This document shows, in pieces, positions 1 through 8,941 of a DNA stretch of 64,000 nucleotides. The notes under the pieces are model-generated. The model made no database searches. It saw only the letters and a list, made by a program, of their open reading frames with translations, and had not been told where the DNA came from. Each line of letters starts with the position of its first letter. The stretch's first letter is position 1. Origin of the DNA: an uncultured Pseudomonadota bacterium (lineage in GTDB: Bacteria > Pseudomonadota > Alphaproteobacteria > JACZXZ01); the NCBI GenBank assembly GCA_963749075.1, contig CAVVLJ010000004.1, forward strand, positions 192,001 through 256,000. The letters run 5' to 3'. The translations under genes and the position numbers were made by a program.

Positions 1-23
1 CGCGCTTCCTTGGGCTCAGCCAT
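1..23 (-). CDS. 5' end of probable ABC transporter permease (runs off window edge)
   Basis: ATG at 23 overlaps the end of the ATPase gene and follows a GA-rich RBS; only 7 codons are visible, so identity is inferred from context. Confidence 0.4.
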
Positions 24-840
24 GGGCGGCCTCCCTCTCTTCGGCGGCGGTGGAGAAGAGGATGCGCTCGATGCGCTCGGAGAGCTTGAGGCCGCTCGCG
101 CGCCCGGCCGCGTCCTTGCCGTCGCTCGCGAGCTCAGCGCGCACGCGGCCGGGATGCGGGGAGAGGAGGAGGATGCGGTTCCCCACCCTGACCGCCTCGG
201 GGATCGAGTGCGTCACGAAGAGCACGGTGAAGCGGGTCTCCTCCCAGAGCTGCAGGAGCTCCTCCTGCATGCGCTGGCGCGTGAGCGCGTCGAGTGCCGC
301 GAAGGGCTCGTCCATGAGGAGGATGTCGGGCTCCATCGCCATGCCGCGCGCCAGCGCCGCACGCTGCTTCATGCCGCCCGAGAGCATGTGCGGATAGCTC
401 TCCGCGAACGCCACGAGACTGACCTTCTCCAGCCAGTGCATCGCCGTCTCATGCGCGCGGGCGCGCGGGAGCTTGCGCGCGGCGATGAGCGGAAAGGCGA
501 CGTTCTCCTTGACGGTCTTCCACGGCAGGAGCTGGTCGAACTCCTGGAACACCATGATGCGGTCGGGACCGGGGCGCCGGATCTCGACGCCGTTCAGCCG
601 GATGCTGCCCTCCGCCGGCGCCATGTAGCCGCCGACCGCCTTGAGCAAGGTCGACTTGCCGCAGCCGGAGGGGCCCAAGAGGACGAAGCGGTCGCTCTTC
701 ACGACCTCGAAGCCGACGCGGTAGGTGGCGGTCACCAGGTGGCGCTCGGTCTTGTATTGCAGCGTGACGCCCTCGACCTCGAGGATCGCTCCGGCACCTG
801 TCTCTGTCATTTTCTGGGCCATCGCACGCGCTCCCGGCAT
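16..840 (-). CDS. NitT/TauT (nitrate/sulfonate/taurine) ABC transporter ATP-binding protein
   Basis: Walker A GPSGCGKS, LSGGMKQR signature, LLMDEPF, VTHS; true start may be at 822 or 810. Confidence 0.93.
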   Translation of the reverse strand: MPGARAMAQKMTETGAGAILEVEGVTLQYKTERHLVTATYRVGFEVVKSDRFVLLGPSGCGKSTLLKAVGGYMAPAEGSIRLNGVEIRRPGPDRIMVFQEFDQLLPWKTVKENVAFPLIAARKLPRARAHETAMHWLEKVSLVAFAESYPHMLSGGMKQRAALARGMAMEPDILLMDEPFAALDALTRQRMQEELLQLWEETRFTVLFVTHSIPEAVRVGNRILLLSPHPGRVRAELASDGKDAAGRASGLKLSERIERILFSTAAEEREAAHG

Positions 841-990
841 GGCGGTCCCGCATTTATAGCGGAGCGACTATAGGGCGGGGCTCGCGCGCAAAGCCACTGC
901 GGACGCCGCGCATGTTTTTTCCTTGGGGCCTTGCCTTGACCTTTCCCGAGCGCCTGTGCCACGGTCGCCGGCGGAAAAACGAGGCCGTCG

Positions 991-3021
991 ATGAAGCGCC
1001 CGGACGCCAAAGCGAAGCGCAACAAGGGAAGCGCTGCCCCGCCGCCGCGCAAGCCCGGCGCCCGCCGGGCCGGCACGGCAGCACCGCGTGCGCGGCGCTC
1101 GGCCGCCACGCTCCTCGCCGAGCTCAGCCGCAGCGAGGAGAGCTTCCGCTCGCTCGCCGCCGCCGCCGCGGCACCCGTTCTCCTCCTCTCGCGGCGCCTT
1201 GCCGTGCTCGATCTCAACGACGAGGCCGAGCGGCTCTACGGCGTGCGCCGCGAGAAGGTGGTCGGCAAGGGCTATTTCCGCACGCTCGATCCCGAGATGC
1301 GGGGCGGGCTCAGCCGCGAGGTCTTCAAGGAAGTGCTGGCGGAGCGGCCGGTGCGCGGCATCGAGGGCCGGGTGCGCCGGCCCGACGGCGGCGAGCGCGT
1401 GCTCCTGTGGAACGTGACGCGCGTCAACGCTCATGACGGCAGCGTGCTCGGCGTGATCGCGGTTTCCCAGGACATCACCGAGCGGCAGAGTGCGGAGGAG
1501 GCGCTGCGCGAGCGCGAGGCGCGCCTGAGCTCGATCATCGCCACGGCACCCGACGCCATCATCACGATCGACGAGCGCGGCACCGTGCAGTCCTTCAGCA
1601 GCGCCGCGGAGAAGCTCTTCGGCTATTCGGCGGGCGAGGTGATCGGGCGCAACGTCGGCATGCTCATGCCGTCCCCCCACCGCCAGAGCCACGACGGCTA
1701 CCTGGCGCGCTACCGGCGCACCGGGGAGAAGCGCATCATCGGCATCGGCCGCCAGGTCGAGGCGCAGCGCAAGGACGGCACGGTCTTTCCCATGGAGCTT
1801 GCCGTGGGCGAGGTGCTGCTTGCCTCCCAGCGCATCTTCACCGGCTTCATCCGCGATATCAGCGCGCGCGCCAAGCTGGAGCTGGCGCTGCGTCAGGCCC
1901 AGAAGATGGAGGCGATCGGCCAGCTCACCGGCGGCCTCGCCCACGACTTCAACAACCTCCTCACCGTGATCGGCGGCAACCTCGAGATGCTCGAGCGGCG
2001 GCTCGAGCGGCCCGAGGAGCGCGAGCTCTTGGGCGAGGCGCGCGAGGCGACCGAGCTCGGCGGCAAGCTGGCGAGCCGCCTTCTCGCCTTCGGCAGGCGC
2101 CAGCCGCTCAACCCCAAACCGCTCGACCTCACGGCACTCGTCGGCGGCATGACCGATCTCTTGCGGCGCTCGCTCGGCGAGGCCATCCGCATCGAGAGCC
2201 GCCTCGCGCACGGTCTGCCGCTCACCCTCGCCGATCCGGGGCAGGTGGAGAACGCGCTTCTGAACCTCGCGATCAACGCGCGCGACGCCATGCCGGAGGG
2301 CGGCATCCTCATCATCGAGACGGGGCACCTCGACATCGACGAGGAGGACGCCGCGGCCCAGGCCGACGTGACGCCGGGCTCCTACGTCATGCTGGGCGTG
2401 ACCGACAGCGGCGCCGGCATGGCGCCCGAGATCCAGGAGCGCGTCTTCGAGCCGTTCTTCACCACCAAGGACGCGGGCGCCGGCAGCGGGCTCGGCCTCA
2501 GCATGGTCTACGGCTTCGTCAAGCAGTCGAACGGCCACGTGCGGCTCTATAGCGAGATCGGCAGGGGGACGACCGTGCGCATCTATCTCCCCGCCGGCGC
2601 GCGAGCGGCGGGCGAGAGCGCGCAGCGCCCCGCAGGGGGCCCTCCGCGTCCGCCCGGCGCCGAGATCGTCCTCGTGGTCGAGGACGACGCGCGGGTGCGG
2701 CGCACCTCGGTGCGCCGGCTCAAGGAGCAGGGCTACCAGGTGATCGACGTGGAGAGCGGACGGGCAGCGCTCGAGGTGCTCGACCGCGGCGAGCGCGTTG
2801 ACCTCCTCTTCACCGACGTCGTGATGCCGGGCGGGATGAGCGGCATCGAGCTGGCGCGCGAGGTGCTGCGCCGCCGGCCGCTCATCAAGGTGCTCTTCAC
2901 CTCCGGCTATGCCGAGCCCGCGGTCGTCGAAGGCGGCATGCCCGCAGGTACCGGCTGGCTCAGCAAGCCCTACAGCAATGCCAACCTCGCGGCCAAGCTG
3001 CGCGAGCTCTTCGAAAGCTGA
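991..3021 (+). CDS. Hybrid sensor kinase PAS-PAS(FixL-like heme)-HisKA-HATPase-REC
   Basis: FixL-like LMPSPHRQSHDGYLARYRRTGEKRIIGIGR; H-box LAHDFNNLL; N/G boxes NARDAM, DSGAGM, GSGLGL; REC VVEDD, FTDVVMPG, KP. Confidence 0.92.
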   Translation: MKRPDAKAKRNKGSAAPPPRKPGARRAGTAAPRARRSAATLLAELSRSEESFRSLAAAAAAPVLLLSRRLAVLDLNDEAERLYGVRREKVVGKGYFRTLDPEMRGGLSREVFKEVLAERPVRGIEGRVRRPDGGERVLLWNVTRVNAHDGSVLGVIAVSQDITERQSAEEALREREARLSSIIATAPDAIITIDERGTVQSFSSAAEKLFGYSAGEVIGRNVGMLMPSPHRQSHDGYLARYRRTGEKRIIGIGRQVEAQRKDGTVFPMELAVGEVLLASQRIFTGFIRDISARAKLELALRQAQKMEAIGQLTGGLAHDFNNLLTVIGGNLEMLERRLERPEERELLGEAREATELGGKLASRLLAFGRRQPLNPKPLDLTALVGGMTDLLRRSLGEAIRIESRLAHGLPLTLADPGQVENALLNLAINARDAMPEGGILIIETGHLDIDEEDAAAQADVTPGSYVMLGVTDSGAGMAPEIQERVFEPFFTTKDAGAGSGLGLSMVYGFVKQSNGHVRLYSEIGRGTTVRIYLPAGARAAGESAQRPAGGPPRPPGAEIVLVVEDDARVRRTSVRRLKEQGYQVIDVESGRAALEVLDRGERVDLLFTDVVMPGGMSGIELAREVLRRRPLIKVLFTSGYAEPAVVEGGMPAGTGWLSKPYSNANLAAKLRELFES

Positions 3022-3082
3022 GCGGCGGGCGAGCCGGGAACCGCTGCGACCCCAAGACCGCCGGACAAGGAGAATTGCCAGG

Positions 3083-4093
3083 ATGAGCCGGAGCCGCATC
3101 GCGAGCGAGGTCGATTTCGAGCGTGAGGGCAAGCAGCACGGCTTCCTCCGCCTGCCCTTCTCGACCCATGCCTCGGCCTACGGCTGGATCGCCATCCCGA
3201 TCAGCTGCATCAAGCGCGGCGAGGGGCCCACCGTGCTCCTCGTCTCGGGCAACCACGGCGACGAGTACGAGGGGCAGGTGGCGCTGATGAAGCTCGCGCG
3301 CCGCCTCGAGCCCGCGGACGTGCGCGGCCGCATCATCATCCTCTCCGCCGCCAACTTCCCGGCAGCACTTGCCGGGCGCCGCGTCTCGCCGATCGACGGC
3401 GGCAATCTCAATCGCAGCTTCCCCGGCAATGCCGACGGCTCGGTCACCCAGATGATCGCCCATTACATCGAGACCGTGCTGTTGCCCAAGGCCGAGCTCG
3501 TCGTGGACCTGCATTCCGGCGGCAGCTCGCTCATGTACATCCCGAGCGGCGTCGTGCGGTTCGTCGAGGACAAGGCGAAATTCGCCAGGCTCAAGGAGCT
3601 CCTCTCGCTCCTCGGTGCTCCGATCAGCTTCGCCTTCGCCATGCCCCAGGGCGAGGACCGCACCCTCTCGGCCGCGGCCGACCGCGCGGGCGTGCTGCAT
3701 CTCGGCAGCGAGCTCGGCGGCAGCGGCACCGTGACGCCGCAAGCGCTGCGCATCGCCGAGACCGGGCTCGCGCGCGTGCTCATGGGCGCGGGCGTGCTGA
3801 GCCGGCCGCTCACCGCGGAACCGGCGGGCAAGACGCGCTTCATGACGGTGCGCGGCGCCGATTATTTCGTCTATGCGCCGGACGGCGGCCTCTTCGAGCC
3901 CTACGTCGATCTCGGCGCCGAGGTCGCGGCCGGCGATGCGGCCGGCGCCATCCATTTCCCCGACACGCCGTGGCGCGAGCCCACGCTCGCCCGCTTCGCG
4001 CACGCCGGTCTCGTCATCTGCAAGCGCCTGCCGGGCAGGAGCGAGCGCGGAGATTGCCTCTTTCACCTCGCGACCGATCTCGAGGATGGCTGA
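3083..4093 (+). CDS. Succinylglutamate desuccinylase/aspartoacylase (M14) family deacylase, DoeB-like
   Basis: GNHGDEYEG, NLNRSFPG, DLHSGG motifs; AGGAG RBS before ATG 3083. Confidence 0.88.
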   Translation: MSRSRIASEVDFEREGKQHGFLRLPFSTHASAYGWIAIPISCIKRGEGPTVLLVSGNHGDEYEGQVALMKLARRLEPADVRGRIIILSAANFPAALAGRRVSPIDGGNLNRSFPGNADGSVTQMIAHYIETVLLPKAELVVDLHSGGSSLMYIPSGVVRFVEDKAKFARLKELLSLLGAPISFAFAMPQGEDRTLSAAADRAGVLHLGSELGGSGTVTPQALRIAETGLARVLMGAGVLSRPLTAEPAGKTRFMTVRGADYFVYAPDGGLFEPYVDLGAEVAAGDAAGAIHFPDTPWREPTLARFAHAGLVICKRLPGRSERGDCLFHLATDLEDG

Positions 4094-4144
4094 GGGTTAC
4101 GATGACGCTCCAGGGCGAATGCGGATGCGCCGCCCGAGACCCAT

Positions 4145-4669
4145 TTATCTCATGCCGATAGATCGGCGACGCGCAGCCGAGGATGCGGACCGCTCGGTAC
4201 GGATACGTGGTGCCGGCTCCAAGGCCCAGTCATGAACGAGCCGCTTGCCGAAGGCCTCGATGGCTCGCTCGATCTCGCTCGACCTCGACCTATGCGTAAG
4301 GTCGAGAAGCCGCCGCGCCGCGGTCTCGGGTTTCCCGATGCGGCGCGCGAAATCCGCGATGGACGTGCAGTTCGCCTTATAAAGCTTGAAAAGCTCCAAC
4401 TTCATCGACTCCCCGACAGAGAGGCGCACGAAGCCGTCCGCCGAGCGGCGCGCCGGATCGTCCGCCGCGGGGACATCGCCGCGCGTCAGGATAATCCCCT
4501 GCAAGGCCGTGACGACGGCATCATGGGCGTGGCTCTCGATCTCGTCATCGCTCATGCCCTTGAGCGCGGTTCGGGCGATTGCCGAGATGATCTCCGGGAA
4601 ACGGCCGAAACGGATCAAGACCTCGTCACCGTCCCTCTCGTAGTGAAACGCGTAGGCATAGCGGGACAT
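4145..4669 (-). CDS. hicB: HicB-like antitoxin with C-terminal HTH
   Basis: N-terminal FPEI...AHDAVVTAL region and C-terminal ARRIGKP...RLLDLTH...FGKRL resemble E. coli HicB. Confidence 0.75.
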   Translation of the reverse strand: MSRYAYAFHYERDGDEVLIRFGRFPEIISAIARTALKGMSDDEIESHAHDAVVTALQGIILTRGDVPAADDPARRSADGFVRLSVGESMKLELFKLYKANCTSIADFARRIGKPETAARRLLDLTHRSRSSEIERAIEAFGKRLVHDWALEPAPRIRTERSASSAARRRSIGMR

Positions 4670-4720
4670 GTCAACCTCGCTTCGGTGAGAGTTGAGCCCG
4701 GTTCACTCGAACCGATACTA

Positions 4721-4778
4721 ACACAAATTTGTGTGGCAACACACATAGCTTCAGAGGTTTATAGCTACAGAGGTTTAT
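4721..4778. promoter_or_regulatory. Operator-like cluster in the divergent hicB/hicA spacer
   Basis: Perfect palindrome ACACAAATTTGTGT (4721-4734), overlapping IR TGTGTG-N4-CACACA (4730-4745), and 16-bp tandem ATAGCTWCAGAGGTTT x2 (4745-4776). Confidence 0.6.
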
Positions 4779-4820
4779 TGACCGCTCGGTGCATCGGGTA
4801 TCGGACCCGGGAGGCGTGCC

Positions 4821-5099
4821 ATGCGCGGCCGAGATACGCGGAAGACCCTCAAGGAGATTGGCCGTTCGTGCATTGCCAATGGCATCGAGCTCTCGGTGAT
4901 CCGCGCAAAAGGCAGCCATCGGGGTTTGATCTTCGAGGATCGCAAGCGTGGCAGGACAATCCGTATCGTCATCGCAGGTCATGGCGAGATCAGCCCCGGT
5001 GTTCAGCGCAATTCGTTGAAGTATCTCGGCGGCTTGGCGACCCGAGACGCTTTCGCCGAGCTTGTCAGGAAGATTCTCGAAGCCGTCTTCAGGGACTAG
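4821..5099 (+). CDS. hicA: HicA-like mRNA interferase toxin
   Basis: 92 aa basic protein; KGSH motif and HGEISPGVQRNSLKYLG C-terminal pattern; GGAGG RBS. Confidence 0.7.
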   Translation: MRGRDTRKTLKEIGRSCIANGIELSVIRAKGSHRGLIFEDRKRGRTIRIVIAGHGEISPGVQRNSLKYLGGLATRDAFAELVRKILEAVFRD

Positions 5100-5214
5100 G
5101 TGCGGCGTGTCGAGAGCTTGTGCGTTCGAGGCGAAGCGGCGAAGCTCAAGTCGCCGTAGCTTTGCCGAACCCTCTGGGAAGCAAGTAGACGTTCATCGAT
5201 TGCGGAGATCATCC

Positions 5215-6381
5215 ATGCGACAGCGACCCGCGCGCCTCGCCCACATCGCCGGCATCGGCGTCGACCGCATGGGCTCGCTCGCCGACGCCTCGGGCGGCGA
5301 CTACCTCCGCCTGGAAAACCTCGACTGCGACATACCCCCGGATGCGGCGGCGGTCGAGCGCACCCGCGAGGCCGCGGGTCGCGACAGCGACAACAGCTAC
5401 CTCCCCTTCGTGGGCCAGCAGCACCTCCGCGACGCGGCCGCCCGTCACGTCTCGCGCATGTCGGGCGTCGCGTACACGGGCGCCCGCAACTGCATCATCT
5501 CGGCAGGCGGGCTCTCCGGCATCCTCAACGTGCTGCTCGCCACCGTCGAGGTCGGCGACGAGGTGATCTTGAGCGATCCGACCTACGCCGGCCTGATCAA
5601 CCGGGTGCGGCTCGCGGGCGGCGTGCCGCGCTTCGTGCCCTTCCGCTTCACGCCTGGCGGGCGCTGGTCGCTCGACCGCGATGCCTTGCGCGCGGCACTC
5701 GGCCCCAAGGTGCGGGCGATGCTGCTGATGTCGCCCTCCATGCCCTCGGGCGGCATGCTCGACGAGGAGGATTGGGCGCTCGTGGCCGAGCTCTCGACGC
5801 GGCACGATCTCCTCCTCATTCTCGACAGCGCCATGGAGCGCCTCGTCTTCGACGGCGCGCGGGTCATCCATCCCGCCGGAATGCCAGGCATGGCCGAGCG
5901 CACCGTCACCGTCGGATCCTCGGCCAAGGAGCTCCGCATGATCGGCTGGCGCGTCGGCTGGATCGTGACGCCCGAGGCCTTGATGCCCGATCTCGTCGCG
6001 GTCTCGCTCGCCAACGTCGTGGTGCCGGTCGGCATCGCCGAGGATGCGGTGGCGCTCGCGCTCGAGCGCTCGGGGGAGAGCTTGCCGCCCTACGTCGCCG
6101 AATTGCAGCGCCGGCGCGATGCGGTGCTCGGCGAGTTCGAAGGCCTGCCGGCGGGCGTGCCCGGCGGCGGTTGGTCGCTTCTCCTCGACCTCTCACCCTT
6201 CGGCCTCGACGGTGCCGAAATGTCGAAGCGCCTCTTCGAACGGGGCGTCTGCGCGACCGCGATGGCGGGCTGGGGCGAGCGCCACGGCGGGCAGTACATC
6301 CGCTTCGTCTTCGCCAACGAGCCCGTCGAGCGGCTCGAGACGCTCGGCGCCCGCGTCCGCGCCGCCCTCCGCCGGGCCTGA
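5215..6381 (+). CDS. PLP-dependent aminotransferase class I/II
   Basis: DPTY, SPSMPSG, ILDSAM, SSAKELRMIGWRVGW (PLP lysine). Confidence 0.9.
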   Translation: MRQRPARLAHIAGIGVDRMGSLADASGGDYLRLENLDCDIPPDAAAVERTREAAGRDSDNSYLPFVGQQHLRDAAARHVSRMSGVAYTGARNCIISAGGLSGILNVLLATVEVGDEVILSDPTYAGLINRVRLAGGVPRFVPFRFTPGGRWSLDRDALRAALGPKVRAMLLMSPSMPSGGMLDEEDWALVAELSTRHDLLLILDSAMERLVFDGARVIHPAGMPGMAERTVTVGSSAKELRMIGWRVGWIVTPEALMPDLVAVSLANVVVPVGIAEDAVALALERSGESLPPYVAELQRRRDAVLGEFEGLPAGVPGGGWSLLLDLSPFGLDGAEMSKRLFERGVCATAMAGWGERHGGQYIRFVFANEPVERLETLGARVRAALRRA

Positions 6382-6389
6382 GGGGAGCG

Positions 6390-7454
6390 TTACGCCGGCA
6401 CGCGCGGGCTCTCGAGCGCGAGACCGAGGCTTTGCGCCGCCGCCACGATCTCGCGCCAGGTCTCGGCGTCGACCGGCACGCCACAGCGCATGCGCTCCCG
6501 GCGCATGAGGCGCTCGGGATCGCCGGGCACGAGCACCGGCTCGTCCGACCGCAGCGGAGGCGAGGCGGTAACGTAGCGGGTGATCGCCGCGATCTCCTCC
6601 GCCATGGCACCGCACCCGGAGATGCGCGCGGGATCGATGACGAAGCTCAGCATGCTATTGGTGATGGTGCCCTGATGCTGGTGCTCGGGCTTGAGGGTGC
6701 CGCCGCCGCCCACGGCGCCCGCGAGGAGCTCGCAGATGAAGGCAAGCGCGTAGCCCTTGTGCTCGGCAAAGGGCAGCAAGGCGCCGCGCGGCTCGCGGAA
6801 CATGACGCCGGGATCGCTCGACGGCCGCCCCTCGGCGTCGATCACGCGGCCGGGCGGGAGCGCCTCGCCCTTGTTGCGGGCGACGCGCACCTTGCCCATG
6901 GCGGCGCGGCTCGTCGCCATGTCGAGGATGATGGGGCGCCCGGGCTCGGCGGCCGGCACGGCTATGCACACCGGATTGGTCGAGAGCCGCGCGTCGCTTC
7001 CCCGGTGCGGGGCGACGAGCGCCGTGTGGCCGTGCACGTTGACGAAGCTCACCGACACCAGTCCGGCCTCCGCGGCAAGCTCGCCGTAAGCGCCGACGCG
7101 GCCGATGTGATGGGCGTTGCGCAGCGCCAGCACGGCGACGCCGCTCGCCCGCGCGCGGGCGATGGCGAGCCGCGTCGCCTCCCGGGCGACCACCTGGCCG
7201 TAGCCGCGCTCGCCGTCGTAGACGAGGAAGGCACCCTCGCTCGCGAGCGCGCGGCCCTTGCGGTTGGGCACCACCGTGCCGGCCTTGAGATTGGCTATGT
7301 AGCGCGGGATCATGCCGATACCGTGGCTGTCGTGGCCGCTCAGATTCGCACCGACGAGATGGTCGGCGATGGTCTCCGCCTCCTCCCGCGCGCTCAGCCC
7401 CGCCTCGAAGATGCGCGCGGCCACAGCCCGCAGCTCTTGATGATCGATCAGCAT
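6390..7454 (-). CDS. Ldh_2 family malate/lactate/ureidoglycolate dehydrogenase (YbiC-like)
   Basis: GHDSHG, NAHHIGR, TNPVC, LDMATS, HKGYAL motifs. Confidence 0.92.
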   Translation of the reverse strand: MLIDHQELRAVAARIFEAGLSAREEAETIADHLVGANLSGHDSHGIGMIPRYIANLKAGTVVPNRKGRALASEGAFLVYDGERGYGQVVAREATRLAIARARASGVAVLALRNAHHIGRVGAYGELAAEAGLVSVSFVNVHGHTALVAPHRGSDARLSTNPVCIAVPAAEPGRPIILDMATSRAAMGKVRVARNKGEALPPGRVIDAEGRPSSDPGVMFREPRGALLPFAEHKGYALAFICELLAGAVGGGGTLKPEHQHQGTITNSMLSFVIDPARISGCGAMAEEIAAITRYVTASPPLRSDEPVLVPGDPERLMRRERMRCGVPVDAETWREIVAAAQSLGLALESPRVPA

Positions 7455-7539
7455 TGCCTTCCTTTCTTCTTAAGCCGGCCGGAAGCGGTGTCTCGACATT
7501 TAGCATGGCGTGCTCTCGGCCGGGGAGTCCCGGCGCCGC

Positions 7540-8716
7540 TCAGCGCGGCACGGGGAGGGGCGCCTCCGGCTCGTGCCAATAGCGGAGAATGACGTAGAGC
7601 GCCAAGCACAGCACGAGGATGATGAGCCCGACCACGCCGGGCCAGCCGAAGAGGTGCCAGGCGGGCGCCGGGGCCACGCCGCCGACGCTGCCGCCCACGT
7701 AGTAGAAGCTGACATAGAGCCCGACCGCGGTGGCGCGCGCCCGCCGCGCGGCGCCGGCGAGGTAGCTCGTGGCGCAGGTCTGAGCCACGAAGCCGCCGCC
7801 CGCGAGGAGCGCCAGCCCGGCGATCACCACCGGCAGCAGCGGGACGAGGGTCACGGCGAGTCCGAGGCCCCACAGCGCGTAGGCGCCGCTCACCACGGCG
7901 CGGCGGCCGTAGCGGCGGATGGCATGGCCGGTGACGGTGGTGAGGGCGATGCCCAGGAGATAGACGATGAAGATCGCGCCGAGCCCCGCCGGCGTGAGAT
8001 TGAAGGGCGGTGCCGCCAGGTAGAAGTTGACGTAGGTGAAGCCCGCCACGAAGGAGAAGAGCACGGTGAAGCCGACCACGTAGGTCGCGACGAGCCGCGG
8101 GTCGCGCAGGTTGCCGATCATGGCGGCGAGCGAGCTCGAGAAGTCCCGGGGAGCGCACGAAGTGCCGTTCGCGCGGCAGCGCCAGGCCGACTACGACGGC
8201 CGAGGCAAGCGTCACCGCCGCGAGCACGAGAAAGGCGCCGCGCCAGCTCCAGTACTCGCTCACCAGTCCGCTGATGAAGCGGCCGAGGAAGCCGCCGAGC
8301 CCGCTCCCCGCGATATAGACGCCGGTGACCGCGGGGATCTCGGCGAGCGGCCATTCGTCGCCGATATAGACCACGGTGATCGCGAAGATGGGCGGCAGCA
8401 GGAGCCCCTGCACGAAGCGCAGCAGGATGATCTGGTGGAGGCTGGTGGCCGCGGCAAGCAGCACGGTCGGCACCGCGAGAAGTGCAATGGCGCCCACGAT
8501 GATGCGCTTGCGCCCGAGGAAATCCGAGATGATGCCGACGAAGGGGGCGACCAGCGCCACCGAGAAGGTGATGGCGCTGACCGTCAGGCTCACCTCGGCC
8601 GGGCTGGCGGCGAACTCGTGGGCGAAGAGCGGCAGGAGCGACTGGGTGGCATAGAGATTGATGAAGGCGGAGAGGGCGGCGAGCGCTACGGCCAGTCGTC
8701 GCGGATCGGAGAGCAT
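7540..8716 (-). CDS. MFS transporter (YnfM-like) with one frameshift near 8146
   Basis: Motif A SDFLGRKR and TM helices in the 8716 ORF; the C-terminal half continues in the 7540..8121 frame; removing one base rejoins them. Confidence 0.85.
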
Positions 8717-8941
8717 GGTGCGGCCCGGCCTCGCCTCTCTTCGGCTGGGCTCTGCTATATCAGCCTGGCGCCGCGCGGGAAGCGGAATCTTGGCAGCGCG
8801 CGGCGCGGCGCTCGCTTTAGCTGCTTAAGCCGTTGATTAATGTAAAAGATGTTCCTTTTCCGCGGAGCCGGGCCGGGCTTCCGTTGCGCCGCAGCACAAA
8901 AAGGTCTAAACACTCGCCCTCCTAACGACCAGATAGGGCGC

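Noticed and set aside
868-3132. Long antisense or alternate-frame ORFs (here and throughout, e.g. 28845-30797, 31654-33516)
   Set aside because: Shadow ORFs expected at high GC; they are Arg/Ala/Gly-rich, motif-less and overlap well-supported genes
8825-8840. CtrA box between the MFS gene and kup
   Set aside because: TTAA-N8-TTAA; the canonical spacing is N7
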